DNA of 64,000 bases from Octopus vulgaris (GCA_951406725.2 OX597819.1:97650001-97714000); one strand, 5' to 3'. Numbered from the stretch's first letter, positions 26,193-40,239 are shown. Numbers and translations: made by a program. Notes: generated by a model from the sequence alone, not told the origin.

Positions 26193-28310
26193 GTGTGCAT
26201 TATGTGGTCGGTTGCGCTGAAAATATGCACACCTATGTTAAAAGTGCTGGCGAGTTTGCATGGCAACTATTTTTTTCCTCATATGAAAGGCGTGACCTCT
26301 AGAACAAAGTTCCTCATCTTTTAAAATGTGGCCCGATTACACTCGAATGAAATCGGCTTATATTAACCAAACAAGTAAAACAATGAAAAACTATGCCATT
26401 TTAATCCCAAGTAAGGCCGGGTATCTCTGTAGGTCTACTTCATATTTGTGAAAAGGGCAGACGTTGTCTCACAAGTAGTTATACAGGCAAAAGTGTTCGT
26501 AAATATGGTAGGATTCAGTTGAAAATTTGCACACCTATGTTAAAAGTCCTGGCGAGTTTGCATGGCAACTTTGAATTTGCTCAATTGAAAGGTGTGGCCC
26601 CTAGGGCAAAATTCCTCATCTTTAAAGTGTGGCCCGCGTAGACCCGAATGAAATTGAGTTATAATACCGAAACAAATAAAACAATGATAAACTTTTTTAA
26701 TCCCGAGCAAGACCGGGTTTCTCTGCTATCTATATATTATAAAAGAGGCTTTGGGTCAAAACTGTGTGCACGTTTTGCTACGTCAGAGGTTGGTCAGATC
26801 GAGCTGAAAATTGACACAGGCATAGAAGGTGTAATGAGTTGAGTATGTTAAAACTCACCATCTGGAAAGATGCGGTTGCTATGCTGAGAAGATTCAAGGG
26901 GGCTCTAAGCCCCTCCAGATTGGCGCGATTGGCATCTAATCCTATCTATAAAATGAAGAAGGCGAACGTAGACACAGATTGGTTTTTTATGTAAAAAGGG
27001 GTCTAAATGGGGCTGGAAGGGGATTCAAATTTACAGGAGGGGTAACTTGTGGCGCTACAGTGGTTGCTTTGGTGTGAAAACTGGGATTTTATTGACTTTG
27101 GGGGACACTTGGTGGTCTAGATCGGACACCTTTTGCCCGATTTCAGTCAAATTTTCAACATGGTAAAGTGGAAGCGGATTTGTAATTTAAACGCGGAAAT
27201 CTAATTTTTTTTATAAATGGCGGAGAGATAGATAGAGAAAGATAAAGAGTAAGAGAAAGTGAGGGAAAGTCCAAGAGAAAGGAAGAGTAAGAGAGTGGGA
27301 AAATGAGAAAGGATAGAGAAACAAAGAGGGAGAATGTGGCGATAAGAAACAGAAAGGAAGCAACAGAAAGTAACACCCACAACCTCACCCGCGCGTAGAG
27401 CAGGTCACCTTAAGCTAGTCTATTATATAAAAGTCAATGTCTGTGTGTTCGTGTGTTCGTGTGTTCGTGTGTTCGTGTGTTTCTTATAGACTCGAAAACT
27501 ACTGGGTCGATCCTAATGAAATTTGGAACACAAAATCCAAGCCTAGGGAGAAGGGTAATGCCGTATATTTCATACAATTTTGAGGGGGAATAAAGTGGGG
27601 CAGAACTTCTGTGAAAATTCATGCTTCGGATTTTTATGAAAGTTGAACCATAGGTATTAGAAATAAATTAAAAAAATATACCCAGAATTTCCATTTCTTT
27701 GGATGATTCTAAGACCCCTTAATGGGGGTTTAACCCCCTAATTTTAGTCATTTTTTATGGACCAAAATTACAGAATGGATCTTTATGATATTTGGAACTT
27801 AGATTCAATGCATAAGGGCGGGTATAATGCAGTGTGTTTCGTTTGAATTTGAGGTGGCTTAAAGGGGGCAGAACCCCCCATAAAAATTCATAAATTTCCG
27901 ATGCTGATGAAATTTCAACCATAGGTAATTGACACACATCAAGAAGTATTCCCAAAGTTTCCGCTTCTCATGAGGATTCTAAGGCCCCCTAATTGGGGCC
28001 TTAACTCCCAAATTTTAGTCATTTTTCATGATCCAAAACTAGGTCAAAAGTACAGAATAGATCTTTATGAAATTTGGAAATTATATTCTATGCATAAGGG
28101 CAGATGAAATGCAATATGTATTTGAAAGTAAGGGGGCATGAAAATTCATCGATTTTTGCTGTTGATAAAATTTTAACCATAGATATTAGACACAAATGAA
28201 GTAATATTTCTAAAATTTGAACTTCTTAGGAGTTAGTAAGACCCCCTAATGGGGGCTTAACCCCTACAATTTAATCATTTTTTCCTAAGCCAAGACGAAT
28301 ACAGTTGTAC
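25496..28310 (+). mobile_element. Tandem array of four non-autonomous Helitrons
   Basis: 5' TC starts at 25496, 26434, 26729 and 27419; 3' hairpin + CTAG-like ends at ~26432, 26728 and 27418; last end degenerate. Confidence 0.75.
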
Positions 28311-28610
28311 TCTTGGAAGCTGTAGATTTACACGAGGATACGAAATGAGCGTTATTTGTAATTCAATGGTACAAGAGTGTAAAGAGTTTGCTTTAAGATA
28401 CACTTAGATTGTGATTTCTGCAATGTGGTGCGTAAATTGTCAAGTAAAGGAGAGGCATCTTTGCCTCCACTGATTCAGTTGCAAAAGTGTTAGTTTGAAT
28501 AAAGTTATTTGGTTGCAGACCTTCTTTCAGTCTTTTTATTATCACTGGATAAGAGATAGTCCCCAGATGAAACAGCATATTTTTATCGTAAATCATATTC
28601 AGTTTATCAA

Positions 28611-28652
<42 letters not shown>

Positions 28653-28653
28653 A

Positions 28654-28719
<66 letters not shown>

Positions 28720-28727
28720 TGTATGTC

Positions 28728-28783
28728 ACCTTGGGCAAGTGACTTGTGAGTGGATTTGGTAGACAGAAACTGAAAGAAGCCCG

Positions 28784-28875
<92 letters not shown>

Positions 28876-29065
28876 ATGTATGTGTATATATTTATTTGTG
28901 TCCTTATGTGTGTGTGTGTGTGTCTGTGTTCGGCAAAAAAGACCGATGAAATAAGAGTTACAAAGAATAAGTCCTGGGGTGGATTTCTTCGACTAAAACT
29001 CTTTAAGACGGTGCTCCAGCAAGGTCGCAGTCAAATGACAAAAACAAGTAAAAGGATAAAAGAAA
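28728..29065 (+). mobile_element. SINE family B with internal deletions
   Basis: ACCTTGGGCAAGTG...CTTGTGAGTGGATTTGGTAGAC...AAACAAGTAAAAGG. Confidence 0.85.
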
Positions 29066-29274
29066 ACAGGATACATACACACACAGAGCTACACACAGAG
29101 ACACACAGATACACACGCACATACACTGACACACACATATATGTATGTATATAACTCTATGAACCCAATATAAAATTATTCATTCAAAGACTGACTGAAA
29201 TGAGAAGCGTTGAAAGTAATTAGTGCCTTGAATGTACCTGTAATCTTTAGAAGCATGTGACAGAAAGTATATTG

Positions 29275-29620
29275 GTTTCGAACCTTAACACAAGGCCAGC
29301 AGTTTTGAGGGAAGGGTTAGTCAATTACATCGACCTCGAAAGGATGAAAGGCATAGTCAACCTCGGTGGAATTTGAACTCAGAATGTAGCGACGGCCGAA
29401 ATGCCGCTGAGCATTTTGCCAGGAAGGATAATGATTTCAAATTTTGGCACAAGACCAGCAATTTCGGAGGAGGGGGCGTAAGTCAATTACACCGACCCCA
29501 TTGTACAACTTGGATGAAAGGCAAAGTCGACCCCGGCGGAATTAGAACTTAGAACATAAAGATGGACGAAATGTTGCGAAGCATTCTGACAGACATACTA
29601 ACGATTCTACAAGATCACTG
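29275..29620 (-). mobile_element. Two tandem SINE family A copies
   Basis: GGATGAAAGGCA...CGGCGGAATT occurs twice. Confidence 0.85.
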
Positions 29621-30087
29621 CCTTCATGACAAAGGTTATTCAGAACTTTATTTTATTAAAATTACGTTAATGGTACTCGCTCAATTGCTTTTCTTCTGTT
29701 AGGTTTAAGGATAACAAAATCCTTATTTAGGACTAAAACAATTTCACTTAGTAGTAACAAAAATATTTTCTTGGTCTGAATTGACTGATCCTTTAGAACT
29801 CGTTTAGAAATTGTCATTTAAATACTTTCTTGATATTCCATCCATTTTTTATGAAGTAAGATTTGTGTTAACTTAAAAATCGGGAAAAAGTTTCAGGACT
29901 AATGATATTCTGGTAGACATTCTGAAATTAAAATGAAATAGGTTTCCGGACCGTCAGCTTAAACTTATGTACAATCTGTGGGAAAATATTACCGTCTCTC
30001 TCGATAGGAGAGATATGCAGATGAAAGTTTGTACACAAGAAAAGGTAATGAAAACATATACGGTAATTCTCAAAGAATTTCTCTCTT

Positions 30088-30285
30088 TAAATTTTGATAC
30101 AAGGCCGGCAGATTTTGGTGAGGAGCCAAGTCAATTAAGTGGACCCTAGTGTCCAACTGGTACTTATTTTATCGACCCCAAAAGGATGAAAGACAAAGTG
30201 AACCTTGGCGGAATTTGAACTCAGAACATGAAGACGGACGAAATGTCGCTAAACATCTTGCTTGACGTGCTAACTATTTTGTCAG
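30088..30285 (-). mobile_element. SINE family A
   Basis: Family A body. Confidence 0.85.
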
Positions 30286-30289
30286 GGTA

Positions 30290-31245
30290 AATAGTGAGCA
30301 AAATTATTCTTGACAGGTTCATTCAACACGTTGGAATATCCCTTCTTCCTGAGTCTCAATCACATTTTCGCTCTGAGAAAAATAATCAATGACATGATGT
30401 TCAGCGACAAGAGAAATACATTAAGCAGAGACTTGACCTTTACCATTTTTTAACCTCACTGAGGTATTCGAGTCAGCGATACCTAATGCGCTATGGACAG
30501 TTCTCATAAAAGTTAATTGTTCTGGCATATTTACAAATATTATCAAGTACTTTCATGAAGATCCGGGAGCATGTATTGTAAATGGTGAAAAAGGATCAGA
30601 TTAATTTTCAATCATTAGTGGTATGAAATAAGGGGATATAATTGCTCCTACAATATTAACATATATTTCGCAATAGTTTTTTGTCCAATAGCTTTCAAAA
30701 ACTGTTCATCGGGTATTTACATGCATTATTGCACAACTGCTAAATTATTTAGCCTCAGATGGCTGGATCCTAACATATGTTTTATATTCTTGGATGCAGG
30801 TTACTGCGATATTGTAATATACAATGAAAAAGAACTTCAAAGTCTTATCGATAAACTTTCATTTGTGTGTAACATGTTAGTCCTTGCAATAAATCTCAAT
30901 AAAGCTGTTATCCTTAATCAGCCCTTTCTTGAAAAGCCCCAATTAATTCCTGATATAACGAAATTCGGAGTTATATTAAACAGGGATGCAATTCTTGACG
31001 AGGACATTTTAAATAGAATTATTAGAACTCAGAGCTCATGGACATCTATTGAAAAAAATAACGATTTCCACTTTGGTCTCAACGACATATTAAAAAAAGC
31101 ACACTGAAACATTACAAGAAATTTTTTCTGTTTTATTAGATGGCTGTATTACACATAAGCATTATATATAGAACATGATTAACAGAGTATTTCTAGCAAT
31201 TTTGCATATACCTTGGAGAAGTCTTTTCACGGATCAACTGCAGGT
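30290..31245 (+). pseudogene. Heavily degenerate RTE-clade reverse transcriptase remnant
   Basis: LPESQSHFRSE; QEKYIKQ; ALWTVLIKVNC...IIKYFHED; GMK*GDIIAPTIL; LQSLIDKLSFVC; LDEDILNRI; ILHIPW. Confidence 0.75.
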
Positions 31246-31253
31246 ACGTATGT

Positions 31254-31320
<67 letters not shown>

Positions 31321-31494
31321 CACACACACACTCGTCTATATGTGTGTGCAAACAGGTTACGTTGGTTAGCAATTATTCATATTGGAAGTACAGTAATAGT
31401 CAACTAATTAACAGATTGCGTTGAATAGATTTAAAAAAGCTGTTTCCAAATTCTCCAAACGTTTTTTCTGAGGGTTCGAAAGATGAGGATATTG

Positions 31495-31705
31495 GTTATA
31501 AATTTTGGCACTAGGCCAGCAATTTCTGCGGAGGTGGTAAGTCGATTACGTCGACCCCAGTGCTCAACTAGTACTTATTTTATCGACCCCGAAAGAATTA
31601 AAGGCAAATTCGACCTCGGTGGTATTTGAAATCAGAACGTAAAATCGAAAGAAATACTGCTAAGTATTTTGTACGACGCGATAAAGATTCTGTCAGCTCT
31701 TCGCT
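31495..31705 (-). mobile_element. SINE family A
   Basis: Family A body and type 2 tail. Confidence 0.85.
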
Positions 31706-31825
31706 TTAGAAAGATGAAAATGTTGATCGTTTTCTTTTCTTAACTACATAAAAACTTTATATATGTATGTACACACACACACACACCGCACACATATATC
31801 ATGTATATGTGTGAGTATGTATGCA

Positions 31826-31884
<59 letters not shown>

Positions 31885-31885
31885 T

Positions 31886-31948
<63 letters not shown>

Positions 31949-31954
31949 CAAAGT

Positions 31955-32477
31955 GCCAAACCAATTCGGCTATCAGCTATCGAATGGAAAGATCTATCCG
32001 CTACTTTGATCAAGAAGAACAGGCAGCTTTCATTTGGTTGGTCGCTTTGGTGAAAACAGATGTAAGGTAGACAAGACTGCAAAAGGGGCTTAAAGACACA
32101 GATGTTTCTCTCAGGCCAAACCTTTATTAACATTTTCAAGTTTCAGTTGAAAAAGGAAACTGAGAGTGGAGAGGTAAATACTACTACTAAGCAAATTTGT
32201 TGATAGGTGGACAAGAGAGGTGAACATGGTTTGAGTGAACGGATTTGCCTTGAGTATGCGCCTGTAGACTGGAGAAGACAGCAGTCAGACTGGCTGTGGT
32301 TTTTATGGGACTTCGAAAAGTGTAGCTCTCGAAAAGCTCCTTTCTGCTTTGGAGAGAGTTTTCTTTGATTTATTTTTTGTTAATTTTGTGATTTACCTTG
32401 TTTATGTAATCCCATACTGTATAGTTGTGACCGTCCTCCACATTTTTTTAGCAATACTTAGTGGTTAACGAAAAAAA
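31955..32477 (+). mobile_element. Tx1/L1-like LINE 3' remnant
   Basis: Frameshifted EQAAFIWLVALVK..VR*TRLQ..SGQTFINIFKFQLK.KLRVER..FVDRW; T-rich 3' UTR and A tail. Confidence 0.5.
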
Positions 32478-32515
32478 GTATTATTATTGTTGCTGTTTAT
32501 ATCGTTGTTGTTGAT

Positions 32516-32930
32516 CTGGCAGAATCGTTAGTACGCTGGGTAAAATGCTTAGCGGCATTTCGTCCGTCTTTACGTTCTGACTTCAAATTTCCCAGTGGTC
32601 GACTTTGCCTTTCATCCTTTCGGTGTCGATTAAATAAGTACCAGTTAAGTACTGGGGTCGATGTAATCGACCAGCCGCAGCCCCCAAATTTCAGGCCTTG
32701 TACCTATAGTGGAAAAGATTATTATCATTAAGGCGGTTCGCTGGCAGAATTGTTAGTACACGGGACAAAATGCTTAGCTCGCCGCCTTAACAATAATAGC
32801 AAAAATCTTTTCTACCATAAATACAAAGCCAGCAACTCCAGAGGAAGAGTTTAGTCGATTAGATCGATCCCAGTCCTCAACTGGTACTTATTTTATCGAC
32901 CCCGAAAGGATGAAAGGCAAAATCGACACC
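32516..32930. mobile_element. SINE family A cluster (32516-32722 plus, head stub, 32805-32930 minus)
   Basis: Family A motifs in both orientations. Confidence 0.85.
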
Positions 32931-33164
32931 TGCTTGATGTTATTAAAACTGATGTAGGGAACGCTTTTGCTTTATCGAAACTATACTCTCTGCTTGACCA
33001 ATGCAGTGTGGGGAAAATTCTGTTGCTAGAAATCTTATGAGAATCTTTCGTATTTATATATTCATTCATTTCGATAGTATACATTCATTCATGTGTGTAC
33101 GTATGCATGTACACACGTACGCGATATATGTTTATAAATATATAAAACATGTCTATGTACACAT

Positions 33165-33204
<40 letters not shown>

Positions 33205-33212
<8 letters not shown>

Positions 33213-33468
33213 ATATTTCGGAATGGTCATTTTGCCAGTTTAGCCAATAAAAACACACGCACTATATATTTGGCGTTACTTTGCTTCAGTGTTATTTTTC
33301 AGTGTTATTTATTTTTTACATTAATCTTAATCTTATTTCGGCCAGAGTTCTTTCGTCACACTCCTGTGACCGTATCAGTGGTTCTTTGTTTCTTTTCTTC
33401 TTACTTATTTGTGTCTCTCCTTTTATTGGCTAAACTGGCAAAATGACCATTCCGAAATATAACAATAT
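33205..33468. repeat. Perfect 48-bp inverted repeat (33205-33252 / 33421-33468) enclosing a hammerhead-like motif; Penelope-like
   Basis: ATATTGTTATATTTCGGAATGGTCATTTTGCCAGTTTAGCCAATAAAA and its exact reverse complement; (TA)n flanks. Confidence 0.9.
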
Positions 33469-33710
33469 CTGTTTCAACACACGACTTCACATAAAAAATC
33501 TTGCACAACAAATATTTAAACGTATATATATATATATATATATATAGACATATTTATGTATGTATATACAAAAATATATATGCATATTTATGCAGATGTA
33601 TATACACAAACACTAAATAGTGGCGGTTTTTTTGACTATTTATTAAAATTTTATGTATTGATTAAGTCTTTCCTTGTTTGTTTTGCAAAATAGTGGTTTT
33701 GTCTGTAATA

Positions 33711-34165
<455 letters not shown>

Positions 34166-35722
34166 TCTTTTTATATATATATATATTCAGTGATAGAGAG
34201 AGCCGATAAGATATATATTAATTACTTTATTTATATATGAATTCATATGTATATAAATATATTTGCTGCTGTTGTAATTTATGTAATCCTTATTAGGTTT
34301 TGATGTGTTTAAAAAAATTGCACAGTGGCGTTAAAAAAATACTATAAATAGTGAGCGATACACTTAAAAAAATATACGCTAATACCAATGATAACTTTAC
34401 ATCGACTGAAAGCTGAAAAGTATGTATATACATATATATACTTAATCTAAAGTTATTATTTATCAGTCAGTATAAATAATATGGATGTTAAATGCAAAAA
34501 AATGTCTAGTTTCGTTCCAGAGTTTATCAATCAACCTACGACTAATATATATTATAATAGATTATTATAGCCTCACGAAGTTGTATGTATAACAGATTGT
34601 TTTTGATTTCTTTCCATAAGAGAACCGTCTTATGACTAATGTTTATGTACAGCAGGGTGTCTTCGATTTCGTTCCATAGCTATAATAAACAGTAGCCGAA
34701 TATTATAATAGATTGACAGAAATGTAATAACTATAACGTGCTCTTTGCGTGTTTTCTTGAGCAACGAATGATGGCAGTGAGTTTAAAATGGCTATATTAA
34801 AAAATATTTAAAGCTGAGGTGGCATGCACTTCACAATAAAAGAAGAATGTCTAGGCTTGCAGTAATTTGGTATGGAGCAATTTAAACAGGTAATGCGATA
34901 ATTATTTTTTTATTGTGACGATTTGCTTCGCAGTAGTTGCCTCCTTGTAGTTAAGTGCATAAGGGTAAATCCTGCAAATAATGATTAAAATTATGGTGGG
35001 TATAAAATTCCTAAATTATAGGAACTAAGGTAAAAAAAGAAATTAAGGAAAAACTCGAAATATATCTAATAAAATGTATTATGGGATGAAAAATAATGGA
35101 AGGAGTATAGGTAGTAAGGCGAAATGTGTGTAAGGATTATGAGTACAATGTCAATGAAAATAAATAATCTGGGTAACCACGTATAGATTTAACTAAAAGT
35201 AAATCTGTTGGGACATGAATATATATCAATGTTAGATTTGGAAAATCTAAGAAAGGAATAGGGGAAATTAAAGGGATTAGAGAGGGTGTATATAATATTA
35301 ATATATAACTGTTTACCTATCAGCAGTGCAGGTATTGATTGTTAAAATTAGCATTGCTTCAGAAAGCGCATTATTAACATACATAGTAGTATATTATCAT
35401 AAATACAATAGTTCTAATAAATCAGAAGTAGTTATTTTTATGTAGACACAGTATTTTAGAGTTGTGTTATAACAAGGGGGTGGGAGATGGATCGGTAGGT
35501 TTAAGATAGATAAAAAACAAACAAAAAAACCCCCAAAATAAGTATAATACATAAGTTACAAAGGGAAGCTAAAGCCTGTATGTATGTATGTATGTATGTA
35601 TGTATGTATGTATGTATGTATGTATGTATGCATGTATGTATGTGTGTATGTATGTATGGATGTATGATGGGACAGGTGAGAATTTCAAAACAGGGTTTGG
35701 TGCTAAGGGTCGAGTGTTATGG

Positions 35723-35776
<54 letters not shown>

Positions 35777-35837
35777 TAATACATCTGTTTGTTTTGTACA
35801 CCACCTGTATTCGTGTTTTGTTTTTTTCGTAAACTCT

Positions 35838-35894
<57 letters not shown>

Positions 35895-36120
35895 CATACA
35901 TACATACATACATACATACATACATACACACATATATATACACACACACATATACACACATATGTAACAAGCAAAGTAGTCACTTAGAAAATCCCAGTAA
36001 GAGACGAAAGTAATAACTATAAGGAAAAGTAAATGTTTATCGCCACATCAATATGGCTGTTCGACGTTACTACCCTTTTAACCCCAGGCAAATCCTCCGC
36101 CAGCTGGTTACCGGCGCAAC

Positions 36121-36226
36121 CTGCACAAAGAAAAACATGAATAAGTTAAAGAAAGAACACAAATGGGTTCTTTCTTTATGTAAACACCATACGTTGAACC
36201 TTCCCTATTTGGGATCTTGAACTTAC
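36121..36226 (-). other. Candidate 106-nt GT-AG intron
   Basis: Minus strand GTAAGTTC...TTTAAC...TGTTTTTCTTTGTGCAG|G. Confidence 0.4.
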
Positions 36227-37220
36227 ATTTGATCCTGAAACTGCATTCCAGTATGCATGGGTATATAATTTCATGCACCTGTATATCTATACACATGTGT
36301 ATATTGATGTGTGCATGTACATGTATATTTAGGTGCATGAATATGTCCGTATATGCATGAGTATATGCGAGCGTGTTTGTTTTTGGTATATACATGTATG
36401 TGCAGATCTTGACCTTCGCTTGGTGCCCTTAATATTAAAAGTACCAGGGTTACATAATGATAGAGAGCTATAGAGGTATAAGTGTAATAGTTTATGTATA
36501 CAACTAAAAAGGTTAGTAGCTATAAATAGTAACAAATAATGGCAACGGATTAAAGAGGATTTAGCTGTAGATTGTATAAGATAGTTAAATAATAGGGCTA
36601 CCTGTTAGAGTATATCACAGAGTTTGTTATATTTAAGTGTTTAAATGTTCTGTGTCGGTGAGTGTGAATTCGTTTGGCATGTTTGTTGAGGAGTAGTATG
36701 GATTTGCACATAGGATTTCATAACTTTTAGTTGTACAAAAAGGGGAATTATATTTATTTCCAATACATAAATTAACGACTGATCCTATTGCCTATTTTAA
36801 ATTGGCTGCTATCTTTTTTTTTTTTTTTGCATTTCGAGCGACAATATTCTACCGTAAAATTTACGTATATGCAGGCATACATATTTTCATACCTTCATAA
36901 ATGCACAGTACGTACGTATATACATAAATGCGTACATGTATCCATACATAAATGCATACATGTGTATTTACATACATATGAATAAATATCTTACTTTTTA
37001 TAAGAAGTAAACAAAAATACAAACACTTATTTGGAAATTTTCGGTCGAGAACAAAATGAACAAAACTATCTATCTGTCTGTCTGTCTGTCTTGCCACTCT
37101 GTCTGTCGGTCTGTCTCTCTGTCAGTCTGTCTGCCTGCCTGCTTGCCACTCTGTCTGTTGGTCTGTCTGTCTGTCTGCTTGTCTGTGTGTGTTTCATTAG
37201 ATTTACTTTGCCATAAGTAA

Positions 37221-37293
<73 letters not shown>

Positions 37294-37763
37294 ACTTATA
37301 AAACTTATAAAAAGTTTTCATCATTAATCGCTAATTTTTGTTGTGATTTCTGTCGAGTATGGAAACGTTGTTCACTAATGTTTTCTTATCTGATTTGCTT
37401 GTTTCAGTTGTTTCGTGTACTGAACCTTTGTAGTGAATTCATACAGAACCAGCGAAAGTTTCATACGTATATATAATATGCATTTCTAGACGTAAATATC
37501 CAGATAAGAAACAACACGTATCTTTCTGTCCGTGTACACCAAAAACAAAAATAAATGCATATACTTATATGATGTCATGAATGCATTAATGTATGTATGT
37601 GAGTTTGCAAGCATGAATGCATTCATATACCTATGTAAGCATGCATGCATATAAGTATTCATGTGTGTGTGCATGCATGTATGCTTGCATGCATGTGTGC
37701 ATGTCTTTTTGCGTATGTATTAGTGTGAACTTCTACGAATGTCTGTATGTTTATATATATTTA

Positions 37764-37860
<97 letters not shown>

Positions 37861-38489
37861 CTCTCTCTCTCTCTCTTTCTCTCTCTGCCTGTCTACCTAT
37901 CTGTGTTCATCTACATTCATGTATCAAAACAAGTAGTTGGAATAATTTTTTGCTATCATTTCTCCACCGTTACACATGTTTCATTTACTAATAGGAGATG
38001 TACATGTTGGATATACCTATAAGAAATTTCCTACTAGAAATTCTTCAGACAGAGAATCAAATAATACAAAATTCATATTTGGATTAGGCGTTTATATACA
38101 GACATAGTAATCAAGAATCGTATAGATAGTTTGGACAAAGAATGAAGAGCAAATCAAATTGTATAGAAGACACAGCTTGGATTTTAACCCTGCCTATATA
38201 ATATGTGCATGTCTGTATATCTGTACACATGTGTATGTGCATATGTATTGATGTATTATGTATATATACATAAACATAGATAAAATAGACATTAAAGATG
38301 CGTTGCTCTAACCAGAAACTGCAGAAGCTACTTAAAGGTGTTGCAGGCACTTCTCCTAATCGCATTATTTGAAACACCTGTGTATATGTATATGCGGCAA
38401 ATAACTCAGGGTCGCTTACTTTGTACACTTCGCCTTAACGGGACGAGGACTGAATTAGTCTTCAACTACAGAAGGGTTACATCTACAGT

Positions 38490-38700
38490 CTCTTGTTAGC
38501 TACAACTTACTTCAGTTTCTCTCAGTTGCTATAGCTATCTCCCTAATGGCTCTCTTCAGTTGTTTATATTCCAAAGCAATTTTCTGCAAGAAATGCTCTA
38601 CTAATCTTGCAAGAAAACTGCAGTAATTAACTTCGGTGGGGAATGAGGCTGCGTATCAAAGATCGGGAAAGAATCTTCCGAAGTGCTTTAGTCTTGAAAG
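38490..38700 (-). mobile_element. HERO/NeSL-like REL retrotransposon C-terminal remnant
   Basis: FPTEVNYCSFLARLVEHFLQKIALEYKQLKRAIREIAIATE resembles HERO fPvEVGcRGF...L..lG...k.AI......AE. Confidence 0.55.
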
Positions 38701-38771
38701 GATTACAAAATCTGGGATTTAAATGGTCAGAATACAGCTCCATGCCGATTTCCATGATATAAACTTACATT

Positions 38772-38807
<36 letters not shown>

Positions 38808-38921
38808 AGTATATTACATATATGTACATTTATTATATATACATAATACAGAGATGTACATACGTATGTATGGCCACAGCTCATGGGAGGAAACCGGTTC
38901 AATTCAATTCAATTCATATGT

Positions 38922-38995
<74 letters not shown>

Positions 38996-39010
38996 ATACA
39001 TATATTAATG

Positions 39011-39069
<59 letters not shown>

Positions 39070-39818
39070 GGAAAAACGCGAGCATGAAAAGTAATATTCT
39101 TAAGATTACAAAGCTGGAAAAGTATAGGACAAGCTATTATTTCTAGTAAAGCAAAGAATAAGAAGCTTAAAATATTGCGGCAAAGAATGCCAGTTCTTCT
39201 AATTTATCATTCTTTACAGTTCTCATCTTTTAAATTCATTGTACAAAACTATTCAGCTGATTTATAAGTTTGTCTAATTAGTCACTTTTTTCTGTATTTT
39301 TCTGTAGTAAATTAGCCAAATTCTACTTAAATAAGTATAGTGTTATTTGTAAACTATAATAAAATAATTTTTAATATTCAAATTTTAATTTTAGCTGCAA
39401 TAGTTTAAGTAAAGAGTTTCTTGTTCGTTACTTTACTAGATGTAATAGCTTGTCCTATACTTTGACAGGTGCAATAACTTGTCCTGCACTTTTCCAGGTT
39501 TATAATCTTAAGAATATTACTTTTAATGCTCGCATTTTCCCATGTAATCCATGATTTTTCCAGGCATTTATACGATAATTTATAATGTGTCAATTAATAA
39601 TTAAAAATTTTACCTTCTAAAATACTGAAACATAATATTTCAATTTTTCCATGTAAGTGATGAGAGCATTTCAATTTTTTTCATGTTTAATTTAAATATA
39701 TTTTGTGATTGAATTATTTGATATTACCCATCCACACCAAATTAATGGCAGGGATTTTTACCGGAATGGAATGTCTTTGATTATAGGTTTGCTGTATCAG
39801 GGTTGATTTGAAGTAAAA

Positions 39819-40036
39819 TAAGCCTCCGTACCAATAACGGAAACAATAGTAAATTGAAAGGCCAAAGATACCCGTATCATCACGATTTCAATCTTTGTGA
39901 AAATACGACTTAGTTCTCATCAGTGAGTCTTACTGACCCGAGGGTCATAGAAAACTGCCCGGTATTAAAAACGGTCATCGCATACATTGCTTGAAATGGA
40001 CAGTTGAATACTTTTTGTTATTGGTACGGGGGCTTA
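39819..40036. repeat. 20-bp inverted repeat (39819-39838 / 40017-40036)
   Basis: TAAGCCTCCGTACCAATAAC vs GTTATTGGTACGGGGGCTTA, one mismatch. Confidence 0.8.
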
Positions 40037-40239
40037 GAATTTCTGCTCATTCCCCCGATTTCAATTAATGTGTATCAGTCGAAATTTGTGGTTGTAGTCG
40101 TCTTCTGACTGCTTATTTTAGCGTGCTTGTTCTATTTGTAGCACCCTTTATTATTATTAATAAATAATTTTTTAACCTTATGGTAATTCTTTCACGCTTG
40201 CTATGTCACTTGATATTATTGTAAGCAATAATATCCTTA

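Noticed and set aside
27590-28285. CRISPR-like repeat-spacer array
   Set aside because: The whole ~270-bp unit is repeated, there are no unique spacers or cas genes, and the context is eukaryotic
34200-35560. 1.3-kb repeat-poor AT-rich block as an exon or conserved element
   Set aside because: No ORF, no paired splice signals and only generic short motifs; nothing supportable from sequence alone
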